From NCBI GenBank assembly GCA_964016885.1, contig OZ024741.1, positions 240,126,001 through 240,190,000 of the forward strand: DNA of 64,000 nt, read 5' to 3'. Positions 36,450-49,385 of this stretch are shown here, in pieces. The notes below the pieces were generated by a model, which had not been told where the DNA came from, ran no database searches, and was given only the letters and a program-made list of their open reading frames with translations. The position numbers and the translations under genes were made by a program. How positions within the stretch are numbered: the first letter of the stretch is position 1; every line of letters starts with the position of its first letter. This DNA is from Eledone cirrhosa (Eukaryota).

Positions 36450-38795
36450 ATAATAATAATGAAATTATTGTGTAAAGTGCTCAGGTGCACTACAACTCGT
36501 CAATATAGTACATAGAATAATACACAAATGCCAGGGAAGTACATGTTTGTATGTGTTAGCCGTAGTGTTGGCGGATCTCGGGAAGCATGGAGGCCTTAAA
36601 GGATGCAGTGTCTCGACAGCTAACAACTGATGCAGGTAGTTTGTTCCATGCTTCAGCAACTCTGAGCGTGAAAAAATGTTTCCGAAAGTCATGGGAACTG
36701 TGCTGTTTTCTTACTTTGTGGGCATGTCCACGTGTGTTAGACACATGGAAATCGAAAAGGCACTCAGGGTTGTTGTTGGCAACATGGTTAACAATTTTGT
36801 GGGTGTTTACCAAGTCAGTTGCCAGGCGTCGGAGCTTCAATGAATCCATGCCCAGGGAAGCAAGGCGCTCAGAGTATGGTAGATGCCTGATGGAGGGTAT
36901 TCGCTTGGTTGCACGTCTCTGAACAGTTTCCAGGCGGTCAATGTCCTGAGCAAGATAGGGGTTCCAGACTGGTGATGCAAATTCTAAGTGTGGTCGCACC
37001 ATAGCTGTATACAGCCTTAAATAGATATCTGGAGAGCGGCTGACAAAAGTCTTGCTGAGTGATGCTAAGACACCCTCGGCCCTCTTGACAATTTTAGAGA
37101 CGTGCCTCGTCCAACGCAAATCGCTGCTGACCGTAATGCCCAGGTCACGTTCACAGGAAGACTTCTTGATATTAGTGCTGTGGAGGGAGTATGTGGACGC
37201 TGGGTTTTTACTCCCAAAATGCATGGTGGTGCACTTGTCCACAGCTAGCTTGAGTTGCCAGTTTGAGATCCACTGTTGCATTGTGTCCAGGTCAGACTGC
37301 AAGCAAGATCTATAGTGTTCAGGATCTGTCCTTTTTATCTCAAGGTACAGCTTGATGTCGTCTGCGTACTTTAGTACTGTGGCATTCCTTAAGTTGGCAT
37401 CTATGTCATTAATATATGCCACAAACAAAAGGGGGCCAAGAACAGATCCCTGAGGTACACCAGATGACATCTCATATGGTGAGGAATGCTGTCCCAGAAC
37501 CGTGACTACCTCTCTTCGACTGAGAATGAAGGACTTCAACCAGTTAAAAAGATCATCCTTCACACCCATTGCAGAGAGTTTTGCCATAAGCCTTTTGTGT
37601 GGCACAGAATTGAAGGCCTTCGCAAAGTCAAGGTAAACAACATCCACCCATGAGCCGCCATCAGTGATCCGGGTGATGTCCTCAAGAAACTCTATAAGTT
37701 GATCACAGCAGCTGGAGTTGGGGATAAATCCAAATTGCGAGGGCCGGATAAGACTGTGAGAGTTCCAGAAGTTCCAAAGTGTTTCTCTGACACAGGATTC
37801 CATCAGTTTGGCGATGCAACTAGTAAGACTGACTGGACGATAGTTCACAGGTGATGTGCGGTCACCCTTTTTGAACAGAGGAATTACACTGGCAGTTTTC
37901 CACTGTTCTGGAGTAGCACTGTTGTTCAGACAGAATTGGAAGAAGCGTGATAACTGGTGTAGAAAGAAGTACCCACCACGTTTAAGAAGCAGGTACGTAA
38001 CACCATCAAGACCAGGAGAGGCATGGTTGCGTTTATTTTTTAGGTGACGTCGCAGCATTGCAGGTGTAAATTCCATGGTTGTAATAGAGTCCGGTGTCAT
38101 AGGTGGTGGAGATGGTACATTCTGGTCTTCAATGGTGAAAATGCCTGCATAGCATTCAGCAATGAGCTCTGCGCATTCCTTGGGGTCGTCAGTAACCTGG
38201 CTTGTGTGGGGATTGCGAAGAGGACCAACTGGAGAGTGAGGCCTCTGTTTTGAGTGAACATACTTCCAGAACACCTTACTGTCAGGGCTGGTTGCTATGC
38301 GCTGCTCAAATTGAAGCACTGCCTTTTTTGTCACCTGTTTGAGGTGGTTGGACGATCTATGCTATGCAGGCATTTTCACCATTGAAGACCAGAATGTACC
38401 ATCTCCACCACCTATGACACCGGACTCTATTACAACCATGGAATTTACACCTGCAATGCTGTGACGTCACCTAAAAAATAAACGCAACCATGCCTCTCCT
38501 GGTCTTGATGGTGTTACGTACCTGCTTCTTAAACGTGGTGGGTACTTCCTTCTACACCAGTTATCACGCTTCTTCCAATTCTGTCTGAACAACAGTGCTA
38601 CTCCAGAACAGTGGAAAACTGCCAGTGTAATTCCTCTGTTCAAAAAGGGTGACCGCACATCACCTGTGAACTATCGTCCAGTCAGTCTTACTAGTTGCAT
38701 CGCCAAACTGATGGAATCCTGTGTCAGAGAAACACTTTGGAACTTCTGGAACTCTCACAGTCTTATCCGGCCCTCGCAATTTGGATTTATCCCCA
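36450..38795 (-). mobile_element. 5'-truncated CR1/L2-group LINE with inverted duplication at its 5' end, in gene E intron 1
   Basis: RT ORF, short 3'UTR ending in (ATT)n near 36450; 38359-38795 is the reverse complement of 37719-38155. Confidence 0.92.
36556..38334 (-). CDS. LINE ORF2 reverse transcriptase fragment (endonuclease domain missing)
   Basis: NYRPVSLTS, YLDFAKAF, GVPQGSVLGPLLF, YADD and CR1-type C-terminal motifs (VRPHLEFASPVWNP, FFTLRVAEAWNKLP); uninterrupted. Confidence 0.9.
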   Translation of the reverse strand: MTKKAVLQFEQRIATSPDSKVFWKYVHSKQRPHSPVGPLRNPHTSQVTDDPKECAELIAECYAGIFTIEDQNVPSPPPMTPDSITTMEFTPAMLRRHLKNKRNHASPGLDGVTYLLLKRGGYFFLHQLSRFFQFCLNNSATPEQWKTASVIPLFKKGDRTSPVNYRPVSLTSCIAKLMESCVRETLWNFWNSHSLIRPSQFGFIPNSSCCDQLIEFLEDITRITDGGSWVDVVYLDFAKAFNSVPHKRLMAKLSAMGVKDDLFNWLKSFILSRREVVTVLGQHSSPYEMSSGVPQGSVLGPLLFVAYINDIDANLRNATVLKYADDIKLYLEIKRTDPEHYRSCLQSDLDTMQQWISNWQLKLAVDKCTTMHFGSKNPASTYSLHSTNIKKSSCERDLGITVSSDLRWTRHVSKIVKRAEGVLASLSKTFVSRSPDIYLRLYTAMVRPHLEFASPVWNPYLAQDIDRLETVQRRATKRIPSIRHLPYSERLASLGMDSLKLRRLATDLVNTHKIVNHVANNNPECLFDFHVSNTRGHAHKVRKQHSSHDFRKHFFTLRVAEAWNKLPASVVSCRDTASFKASMLPEIRQHYG

Positions 38796-39889
38796 GTTTT
38801 CGCTCAAGTAGAAGGAACGTTAGAAAGAAGAAAACCAAATAAGACAGAAGAAGTAAGAAGGTTGATTTCAAAATGTTAAATGTCATGAAGGAGATGTTAA
38901 GGGGCTGCAATATATGGCAAGACATTGCACTAGAGAAGACCCCACAAACCTATACAAGCATTGAAAAACTGGCATCAATTGAGAAAGTAGCTAAAGAACT
39001 GAGGGAGGAACAGCTATGTACCTAAATATGATTTACTAAATTGGGATGGCAAGAATCATGAACTGAATATAAGAGAATTTGTTACAAGATCTAGAATTTG
39101 AAATTTTTCAAACATCATCTTTAACTAGTACAGTGAGTTGGTATAGGTTAAAGGTGTCCAGATCTGCTGGTGATTGAACAGAAATATATGTCCATTAAAT
39201 ATATTTTATCAGATATTTTAATAGATTGTAACACAAAATATTACATTAAGCAGGATTTCAGAACCTTGTAAAAAAAAATAAAATATTAATAATTCATTCT
39301 TGAAACTTATAATTTATCCAATTTAAACATTTTGAAATTCATCAAGGCATGTGAATAATTTGTGAGAAAAAATCCTAAATTGCTTCTTGAACATGTCATA
39401 ATATCAATAATCTGCCAAATTCTCACTGAATGCCTACTGAGAGTTATCTCTATAAGAAACCAAATGTAATGATAAATGTCTTGTAATCCCTTACCCTGCA
39501 TAATTGGCATTTTTACCTGCAGCTTTGAACTTTTAAGGGCTAATTGCTAGGAAACAACAAATCAAATAGACCTGAACTCCTAAGAATGTTTTAAAGTGAT
39601 TGACCCTCCCAGAAAAATATTATTAGTTTCCCCAAATTTCTTTTCCCCCAATAATACATAAGGTGACATTATTACAACTTAGTATTTGGCCTACACCAAC
39701 TTTTCAATTGTCTTAAGCAAAAGATAATTTTAAATGTTCACCAACACATCTAAAGTGTGTCTGGATACAGTATTTTCATGTATCCTGTATTTACCACTGA
39801 CATATGGCTATAACAATTTTCATGAACTTGTACAGTTAGTCGTCCATATGTCCAGAATGGAAATTATAATGGTGAAAAACATATATTGC

Positions 39890-39975
39890 AAATATAGTAA
39901 ATATAAAACTAAAATATAGTAAATATAGTAAATATAAAACTAAAATATAGTAAATATAGTAAATATAAAACTAGA
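39890..39975. repeat. Short 31-bp tandem repeat, about 2.7 copies
   Basis: aaatatagtaaatataaaactaaaatatagt repeated. Confidence 0.75.
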
Positions 39976-41696
39976 ATTAAAAGATAAGGAACTATTTTCA
40001 TCAAGATTACCATATTTCTAATGAAACACTGCTAACGATTTTCAAACCATTTTGAAACTAATAAAAAGTTTGGAAAGATTAAGTAATGTAACTAACTTAC
40101 TCATTTTTAAGCTAGTGTTTGGAACATAACTTAAAAGTTCTTACATCATATTTTCATGGATGGTTTTTAGATAAATATTAACACTTTTACATAAACAGCT
40201 TTGTATTGGATAAACTAGGGTGGTTTCAGGCAGTTTGGTAACAAATGAGCTAAGGTTAGTAGTGGAATTAGGTGTGGGCAGATATGGCATTTGGCAGGAT
40301 TTGAACCAATGAAATATATTTTATTTCCAGAAGTTAAGGTTTTATTAAGAGGTTTCAACAGTCTGCTTCAGTTTTAAAATGTTGATAATTTTAATCACAA
40401 TAAGATGTTAAATATGTTAACTTATTACCAATAAGATTTCTTTCTTATAGCATCTATATATATTAGAAAAGGGAAGTAAGGTTCGATACAAAACAGTGGA
40501 TATAGAGAAAAGGTGAAGTTGGAAATAGCATAGAAAATATATTTTAGGGTCTGTTTTTCTTTTTTTTTTATCCTTTCTTTGATTCATCAAAGTGACATTA
40601 TTGAAAAGTTAAAATTATTGGAAAAATAAGAGGGACAATTCTTTTAAAAAAAGTTTTATCCAAAGTATTTAGCTTCAATACAAACAACAGCTAATATATG
40701 AATACCTCCATTTATTTCTAAAGCCTCTTCATATAAACACGTTTTATATTATCAGACCTGAAGAGATGGACATTGTTTACTGCCTATGGAGTAATGGGGA
40801 TTGTATTAAAAAGATGAAGATGAATAATATAATGTAGATGTTGGGGAATCTAAGAAACAGATGTAAATGTAATAGTTCAATTCAAGTGAACATTTAAAGT
40901 AACAAAACTGATTAATGTAAACAGCAAATATGAAAATAATTACAAACAAACAATAACTTCCAATTTAAAATTTAATTTAAATATATATAATAAATATTTG
41001 AAATTAAATTCATATAATAGTAATAAAATATAAAAAATAGAATTATATACAACACAAATTTTCCAAGATGAATTAGAATACTGGAAAATAAGACAGGAAA
41101 AAATCAGACTAAAATTATACAAATACATAAATTATTCTCTACAACATGCTTCCATTTCTGTTCACTTTTTGACAGCCGTAGATTCTAATATGTCCGCCAT
41201 TATTTCTAACCTAAAACTATAACACACCTGGAGCCATCTACTGCTAACAATCTACTGCTAACAATCTACACACTATTTAAATATACTGGAGCATATTTAT
41301 TAATATTTCATACAAAAACATCTTAAAATATCTTTCATGTATATAAACTACAAAACAGATAGTGTTACATTTAAATTACAATGAAAAACAAACATATACT
41401 AAAACACTACATTATATAAACTGTTCTCTATTGTTACTGTTCAATATATGTAACACATATTATATAGATACAGATAATATAGTTTCTATTAAGTCTAAAT
41501 ATTAAACATTTTAACCAGCAACATGCAATTAGTTGTGAAATAAAACAATATGGACAACATTATTGAAAAATGTGAGAATTATTGGTCAATCTCTTTGTTC
41601 TTCTCGTTAATATTAAATATATTAGAACAATATCTTACAGATTTACTAAGATTTAGTAGGTAAAATGAGATTATAAAAGATTAAATAAAAACTTAC

Positions 41697-42117
41697 CTCT
41701 TTAATAATTATATCATTGGTTATTCAGTTAGAATAGAAAGATGTATTGTTGTAGAAAGCTCCATTGTAAGTGCTGCTGTAACGTGTGTGACAATGGCTGT
41801 ATGTTGATGGAGTAGTGTAGCACGTCAGGCAGATAGTCTGCTGCTCGGGTTGTGTGTGTTATTGAAGTTGTATGTTTGTGACAGTACATCCCTCTAATAA
41901 TATTGTGTATGTATTTATCCTTAAAGATGATGTTTCTTTACTGTTATCAATAACTATTTACATATATTTAAATAGCTACAATATTCTATAGTTAAACATA
42001 ACATAAATGTTTGGTTAAATAACATCAGTAATGTGAATGTTTCTCTTTGTTAGTGATTTCTGACTATGTTTTAGTGAGAATCTGATTGGTTGAATGACCG
42101 AAACAGAAGACCAATGA
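41697..42117 (-). promoter_or_regulatory. Conserved promoter / non-coding exon 1 cassette of gene E
   Basis: Donor at 41697; ATTGG 42085 and CCAAT 42111. Confidence 0.75.
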
Positions 42118-42579
42118 CATTGTTCCCTTTAACATTGATTAGTTTTGATACAGACCTTGGATGTTTATATGGAAAAAAAAAGTCTCAGATTTATAGAGAT
42201 TATGGAAAGAGATGTTGTGACCATCATGCCTTTCCAAAAACAATAAATATGATTAATTCCATATTTTTATTATTACACGTAAAACGCGAGAAACAGTCGT
42301 CTCATTAACATACAAAAGCATTTCTTTTGGTATTTTTCCACCCACCATAAATTGAAATATATAAAACCTTTAAAGAACATAGTAAATCTAACAAAATGTC
42401 TCCAATTATTACACTCCACCACACATAGTAAATTCTGTGATATAGAGTTATAATTTATCTATTGCTATCGATATAAAACTATTTTTCAGAAAGAGTACAG
42501 TTAATAAAAAAAATGTGTATGTTGATGTGTGCACTGAATTTACATAGAGAAAGGTAGTTATGTCACTTCAGTAATAAAA

Positions 42580-42656
42580 TTATACATGTTTCACTGGTGT
42601 TTCTTCACCGGAATCTTTTGATGTAGATGTATCATTGTTTTTATATATATTTTGAT
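42580..42656 (-). CDS. Pcdh: Protocadherin F last coding exon
   Basis: AG acceptor, ...SKDSGEETPVKHV*. Confidence 0.85.
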
Positions 42657-42689
42657 CTGGAATGTAATAGAAAATACATTATAATAAAT

Positions 42690-42930
42690 AATAATGAAAA
42701 TGATTGTGTAGTGTGCTCAGGTGCACTACAACTCATCAAAGGTGCATGTATAGTACATAAAATTATGTACAAGTGTCAGGAACAGTGTATAAGTCTTGAG
42801 ATACATGCGTGCATGAGTATGGAGGAGGAATATCAGGTGTAGTGTTGGTGAATTTCGGGAAGTATGGAAGTTTTGAAGGATGCAGTGTCCCGACAGCTAA
42901 CAACTGATGCTATTAGTTTGTTCCATGACA
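42690..42930 (-). mobile_element. Old 3' fragment of the CR1-type LINE family, gene F intron 3
   Basis: Matches 36450-36650 (gtgctcaggtgcactacaac...gacagctaacaactgatgc); same insertion present in gene G. Confidence 0.85.
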
Positions 42931-43085
42931 TGATTAGATGAATATATTGAAAACAAAGAATCAATTGAGCAATTGAGTAAAATATTTCTTATTCACACAA
43001 TCTTATATATATTGTTAGATGTAGATGTTAAAAAATATTGATGTTGAAGATATCAAAGTAAAATATAGCCAATGTAATTATTAAC

Positions 43086-43251
43086 CTGATATTCCTGGTA
43101 ATTCTTCATAATGTTTCATATCACCTTCATTCAATACACGTCTACTACTTCTCTTAGATGACATTGTATCTGATGTATAGTTACAAACTATAGGAGGATT
43201 ATCTTCCACAGCATCATCACTTGATGTCACCACAACAGGTTGACAATATTT
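43086..43251 (-). CDS. Pcdh: Protocadherin F cytoplasmic exon 3
   Basis: 166 nt, AG/GT bounded. Confidence 0.88.
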
Positions 43252-43434
43252 CTGTTGACAAACAAACCAAGAGAAATGTGAGGAGACATCAAACAATCCT
43301 AGTTACAATAAACATGTAGTTTACAATTTAATATTGGACTATATTATTGAAGATAAAATATTGTTAAAATAATCTTATTGTATATCTTTTACATATAGAG
43401 TGAAGATAGAAAATATTTTAATCTTTTCACTTAC

Positions 43435-45807
43435 TGGGGTAGGTTTTGGTAAAGTTCTTGACTGAACTGAAGCTTCATATTTATTCTGTAGCTGACCTTC
43501 TGAATAACATTCACTCTTTGATCTCTCAGAATATATATTTCTTTTTATCATCTCTTCTGTATTCCTTGACATAGCAACAGGATTGTTAGACTGATACAAC
43601 AATTGTTTCATCTCTGTTCTACCTTGGTATGCTGTAGTCTTTGTTGTAGTAGCTGTGTTATCTCTGTGTTTAATACATTTCATTATACACAGTGTTATAG
43701 AAACAACAATAGCCACTGATACTATTACTGCTGATGATACAATGATAATAACCCATGTCATATGGACTCTACCTGAAGATTGTATAGGTACACTTTTCAA
43801 CATTGGTGATGTCTCATTACTAACAGCCAATACCAAAGTCACACTAGTTGTTGATGACTGAACTGGACTACCACTGTCTTTTACAACAAACTTTAGTTCA
43901 TAACTTCCAGCATCATTTAGATAAACTTGTCTGGAGAATGATAAAGCACCACTGTGTGAGTTCATAGTAAACAACTGTTTATTATTTCCTTGTATGATTC
44001 CATATGTAAGGAAAGCATTGTTTCCACTGTCACCATCAGATGCTCTCAAAACTGTGATGTCACTCTTACTCTGGGGATGGTAGTGGACATTTAGGGTGTA
44101 AGGGTTAACACTAGGAAAAGTGAAATATGGAACATTGTCATTTTGATCTAAAATCTCAACAACAACATTAGCTGTGTCATTCAGAGATGGACTTCCATTA
44201 TCTTTGACAAAAACCTCAAATTTATACACATCTTGTTTCTCTCTGTCTAATGACATGGTGGCTGAAATAAAGCCATAACTGGTGATCAGAAATGGTAGAT
44301 TTGATTTTTCTTTATGTATCAGAGAATATGTGAGTTGTCCAGCAGATCCAAGGTCGGGGTCAGTGGCATTGACAAAACCAATAGGGAAGTCTTTATCTTT
44401 GTTTTCATAGGTCAGGAATTGGAATGTATCTTTGGTAAATTGTGGTTGTACATCATTAATATCAGTCACTTGGATAGAGAGAGTTTTAACACTTTTAAGA
44501 GGAGGTAATCCTTTATCTTGACATGAGACAGGAATGTTATAGTGTCCTTGTGTTTCTCTGTCTACTGGTTTGTTTAGAACTATTTTATATTCTTTAGATC
44601 CCATTGACTGTAGTTTGAATGTATCATGTTTGATATCACAGCTGACCTCTCCATTCTGTCCAACATCATTGTCAGTGACCATCACATAAGCAATGAAACT
44701 ACCAACTTTGATATTTTCAGAAATGGTAGCTGTGTTGTCATTGATAGCAGAAACATAATCTATATCAATAGATGGGGGGTTGTTGTGTTGGTTGATAACA
44801 TTTATCAGAACTGTTGCAATGGAACTGAATGGAGGGTTACCGCCGTCTCTGGCTTCTATAAATAATTCAAAAGAAGTTTTTTCATTTAAGCTAGAAATTC
44901 TGGACAAAAATATTTTGCCATCTTTTTTATTTAATTCAAAATATTTCTTTGCTTGATCAGAAGTTTTGGGACTGAAATGGAAAGTAATTTTACTGTTGGG
45001 TCCTAAATCTTTGTCTGTCACTGACAAATTAAGAATAGGTTTGGTTATCTCATGAGTGGTTCTAATGGAAATATTATAAAGTGGTTTTGAAAATACAGGT
45101 GGATTATCATTCGCATCTTCCACAATAATCAGAACATTTAACACACACTGTTTAGATGGGGAGCCTCCATCTTTCGCAATAACTTCCACATTGTATTTCT
45201 CTTTTATCTCTCTATCTAATTTATCTTTTAAAAGAATATTTAATGAGGAAATACCATCAGCTCTTTTAGAAACTGACAGCGAAAATGAATCAATAGATTT
45301 TTTAAGTTTATACTCAATAAAAGAATTTTGGTAACTAATGTCATTGTCTATGGCATTTGGGATTGACTTTTTCATTCCTTTTCCATCTCCTTCTCCAAAA
45401 TGTAGAGTGATTTGTTTTTCTGGAAACTCTGGTTCATGGTCGTTAATGTCTTCTATTACTATTTTGATTTTTATGATTTTTGTAAAAGTTTCCACTTTCT
45501 TCATTATAATTTTCACAGTTCTAGAACATTCTTTGTTGAATGTACAGAGCTTCTCTGCATCCAGTGTCTGAGCAGTGTACAGTTTACCTGTTTTGGTGAT
45601 ATTAAATAACTGTGCCACCTTTCGTTTAAATTGACTGAATGTTATCAATTGTTGGTCAGATGGTTTAACATTGTCTAAAAGTTTAGAATCAGCAGCAATG
45701 TCTGCTACATATGTTCCTGGACTTCTCTCTTCTTCCACATGGTAGGTAAGGTCTATGGTCAGAACACAGTGGACCATTGATAATACAATAGACAATGGCA
45801 GTAACAT
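43435..45807 (-). CDS. Pcdh: Protocadherin F large exon
   Basis: Intact ORF; donor at 43435; acceptor at 45893. Confidence 0.97.
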
Positions 45808-47474
45808 ATTGTTGCTGATGTGTTGGTACTGGTTAAAATTGTCCTGATATGTTGATATTAGTTAAAGATATCCAGATGTGTTGCGGATTGCACCTAAAAC
45901 AGATATATATTTCCTCAGTTACCATTATTTAATTTGAACATACATGAAAATATATATAAGAATAATTATAAGGCTCCCCCTCCTTTCAATATTTACCTTC
46001 CCCTGCTTGGCCATAACCCGTCTTCTCCATTTTAGTCTGCCTCCCCTTACAACATTGATCTGACACTTTTAAAATCTAAATCATACCATAATTTCACTGC
46101 CCTAACTTTACTCACCCACTCTTCCACCCAAACCCTTCAACAATATATATGGTTCTGAACATAATTTAAGAATTTCTTTAGGAACTGCAGTGGGTATCCC
46201 AAACCATTCTTTATCCAGTTTCTTCATTATTTTTTGGCTTTCAGTAATTTCATTTTCCTTTTGTTTTATAACTTGGTGTCTGGTTTTCTTATGGTAGATG
46301 TGTTCTATAATTTATTTTAGACTTACTATTTATTTTCGTTATTTTGTTGGGGCACCTTCTTTAAAGGTGTTTTTGTTAATCATATTGACACTAATACTTA
46401 TTTTATTGATCTATACTTGTCAAATTCCTAAATTAGTTCTTGACATAACACTGGTTTTAAACATAAATACACACATAAAAGTCTGCAAAATTACAGGCTG
46501 AAGACAATAGAAGCCATTGCCTAAGGTGTTACATAGTAAGAAAGAACTTGGGAGTTACATAGTTGTAAAGTTAAATGCTTAACCATAAGGCTGTATCATC
46601 ATCATCATTATCGTTTAACGTCTATCTTCCACACTAGCATGGGTTAGACGGCTGTATGTATATATATATATACTCGAATATAAGTTGACCCCTATTTTAT
46701 GTTTGAGAAATGGGCAAAAATCCAAATCCTGTTTATAAGCCAAGGCAGCTAATCAACACATTATGGCACAGTTTCGAAATTTTAATGAGTGAAGAAAATA
46801 TTTAAGAAGTTTTAATATTTTGATATTTAAAATGTTTTAAGTATTGTTTAAAGTATAGTTTCACAAATCCACTACAAAATGAAGATATATTTTTTAGTTT
46901 AGGGTATTATTTTAAAAAAAAACAGATTTTCTTTAACTGTTATGGAGATCATTAAAAACACTAGGGGAATATTGAAATGAATAGGGAATAGTTGAAAGAG
47001 ATCAACTTAGAGAACACTGTTTGAGGGTCCAAAGTAGAAAGGGAAGAAGAAACAGCAAGCAATTGAGAGGAGGGACAGAGCACGAAAAAGAGAAGGTCAG
47101 GAACCTGTGCACTTACGTAGGGTCTCACATTCCATCAAGTGCTCAAGAGAGCTTGTCATGCCTTTGACACAACTGAGGGTCCTCTCAACCCTTTGTTTGG
47201 CAAGATTTCTATGGCTGGATGCCCTTCCTATCACCAGACACCTTACAGTGTGTAGTGGGTGCCTTTATTGTGTACATTACCAACACTAGCGAATTTGACA
47301 TGCCCTCGACATAACTGGAGGGTCTTCCTGACCCTTTGTTTGTTTGCTTGGCAAGATCTCCATGGCTGGAAGCCCTTCCTATCACCAACCACTTCACAGG
47401 GAGGTGTAGCTGCCAGGAATGTATAGAGGGGTTGTGAAGTTGAGAATAACTGTTAGGGAGTGCTACTGGAAGGG

Positions 47475-47481
47475 GTGTGTG

Positions 47482-47569
<88 letters not shown>

Positions 47570-47630
47570 AGAGAGAGAGAGGGGAGAGAGAGAGAGGGGG
47601 AGAGAGAGAGGGGAGAGAGAGAGAGGGGGG
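47475..47630. repeat. Compound (TA)n/(GA)n microsatellite
   Basis: Direct inspection. Confidence 0.95.
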
Positions 47631-47634
47631 AATT

Positions 47635-49385
47635 GGAAATAGCACAGAAAATGATAAACAACATTAACAATAATATACAATTCACAATGGAATCCAACTC
47701 CAAGGAATTAGCCTTCTTGGATATCCTTATTTTAAAAACAGATGGGAAAATAGAAACAGACATCTTTTATAAACCCACAGACTCCAAACAGCTTCACATC
47801 AAGTCACCCAAAACACATAAAACTTAACATTCCTTTTAACTTAGATAAATGTATATGCACCATAGTATCAGACCCAACTAAACGGGAACAAAGACTAAAT
47901 GAACTAAAAAACACACTTACCTGAAGAGCCCTCCCACTTGACATAATTAATAATAGAATAGACAGAGCAAGACACGCACATTTTCATCAACTTAACAAAG
48001 CACAGAAACATGAACAATTTTCAACCACCTGCATAAAAGCTTCCCCATTCTATTTAAAGATGAAAAAATGAAAAAAATCCTAGAAACACACAAGATCATT
48101 AAAAGTAAAAGGCAACCCAAATCACTAAAACACATTCTCAATGAAACAAATATACACAAACCAATCTCCAACCTTACGGTAACAAAATGCGGAAGAACAA
48201 ACTGTGGCACATGCCTATACTTAATGAAGGACAAAAATTCACATTTAAAGATGGCCAAACTTTTACAGTTAAAAACTTCACTTGCAACTCAGAGAACCTG
48301 ATCTACGTAATCACATGTGGTGGTTGTCGACATAACTACATAGGACAGACAGGTGCGTCATTATGCAAAAGAATGACCATCCATCACCAACAAATCCGAG
48401 ACGTAAACACAAGAAAAATCCCCTTAAGTAGCTACATTGTAGATTGTGCAGGAATGACCCTACCCAACTTTAAAATGTTCCCCCTTTATAAGTGCTCAGA
48501 TTCTTTCATACAACAACAAAGAATAAATAAAGAAAAACTACACACACACACACCCACAAAATAAAAAAGAAATTGTTCATACACATATTTTCCAAAAATT
48601 CCTGATTGAAAGCCATCACTGATGCTTTGCTCTGTTTTTTTAATTTCCCACCACAAAAAGACCTGTGACAAACAAACTAAAGCACACAAACACACACACC
48701 GCACAACAAAAACAAACAAATATATATATATATATGCATACACATGTGTCCCCAAAAATATTTCTTAGTTTTGATCCCTTCACACTTACAATAAGACACA
48801 CACACAAATATGTTTATATACACACTCATACTCTCTAAAACCATATTTCTAAAATAGAATTTTTTTGACAATCCCATTTATCTCTCTCCCCTATAGCAAT
48901 TGTCTCTAGTTTACATTTCCCCACTTTGCCACCCCCATCTGAACTTTTGACCAATCCTTTAACACTTTAACAATCCTTTAAAAATAATTTTGTTCAGTGA
49001 AAAACACAACTACCAACACTACTTCTGCTACTACTACTACTATGACTACCTCTCTCTCTATATATATATTAGGCTCCATTTTAGGCCGTCTTCACAACAA
49101 GAAAGATGAGCAGACCTTTTCAACACTTAATTTTAAATTGTTTATTCTTTTTAATTGTAATATTCAACATTTGATAAGATGGTTCACACTGATACATCGA
49201 AACCAGTTATAGTTTATATACATTATAAAACTCCTCTTTTGTAAAAGAATTGTCCCTCTCATTTTTTCAATAATGTCACTTTGACGAATCAAAGAAGAAA
49301 AAAAGAAAAACAGATCCTTAAATATATTTTCCATGCTATTTTCAATCCCACCTTTTCTCTATAACCCCTGTTTTGTATAGAAGTT
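47635..49385 (+). mobile_element. Decayed Penelope-like retroelement (RT C-terminus, GIY-YIG endonuclease, probable 3' region)
   Basis: IQFTME...LAFLDILI...IETDIFYKPTD and FTCNSENLIYVITCGGCRHNYIGQTG...R...H motifs split by frameshifts and stops; right boundary uncertain. Confidence 0.8.

Noticed and set aside
36556-38334. RT as a dedicated diversity-generating or domesticated enzyme for the array
   Set aside because: Ordinary 5'-truncated CR1-type LINE lacking endonuclease and promoter, present in one unit only, with no template/variable repeat pair.
47209-47827. Long low-complexity ORFs on both strands
   Set aside because: Produced by (TA)n/(GA)n microsatellites; only the Penelope RT part at the right end is meaningful.
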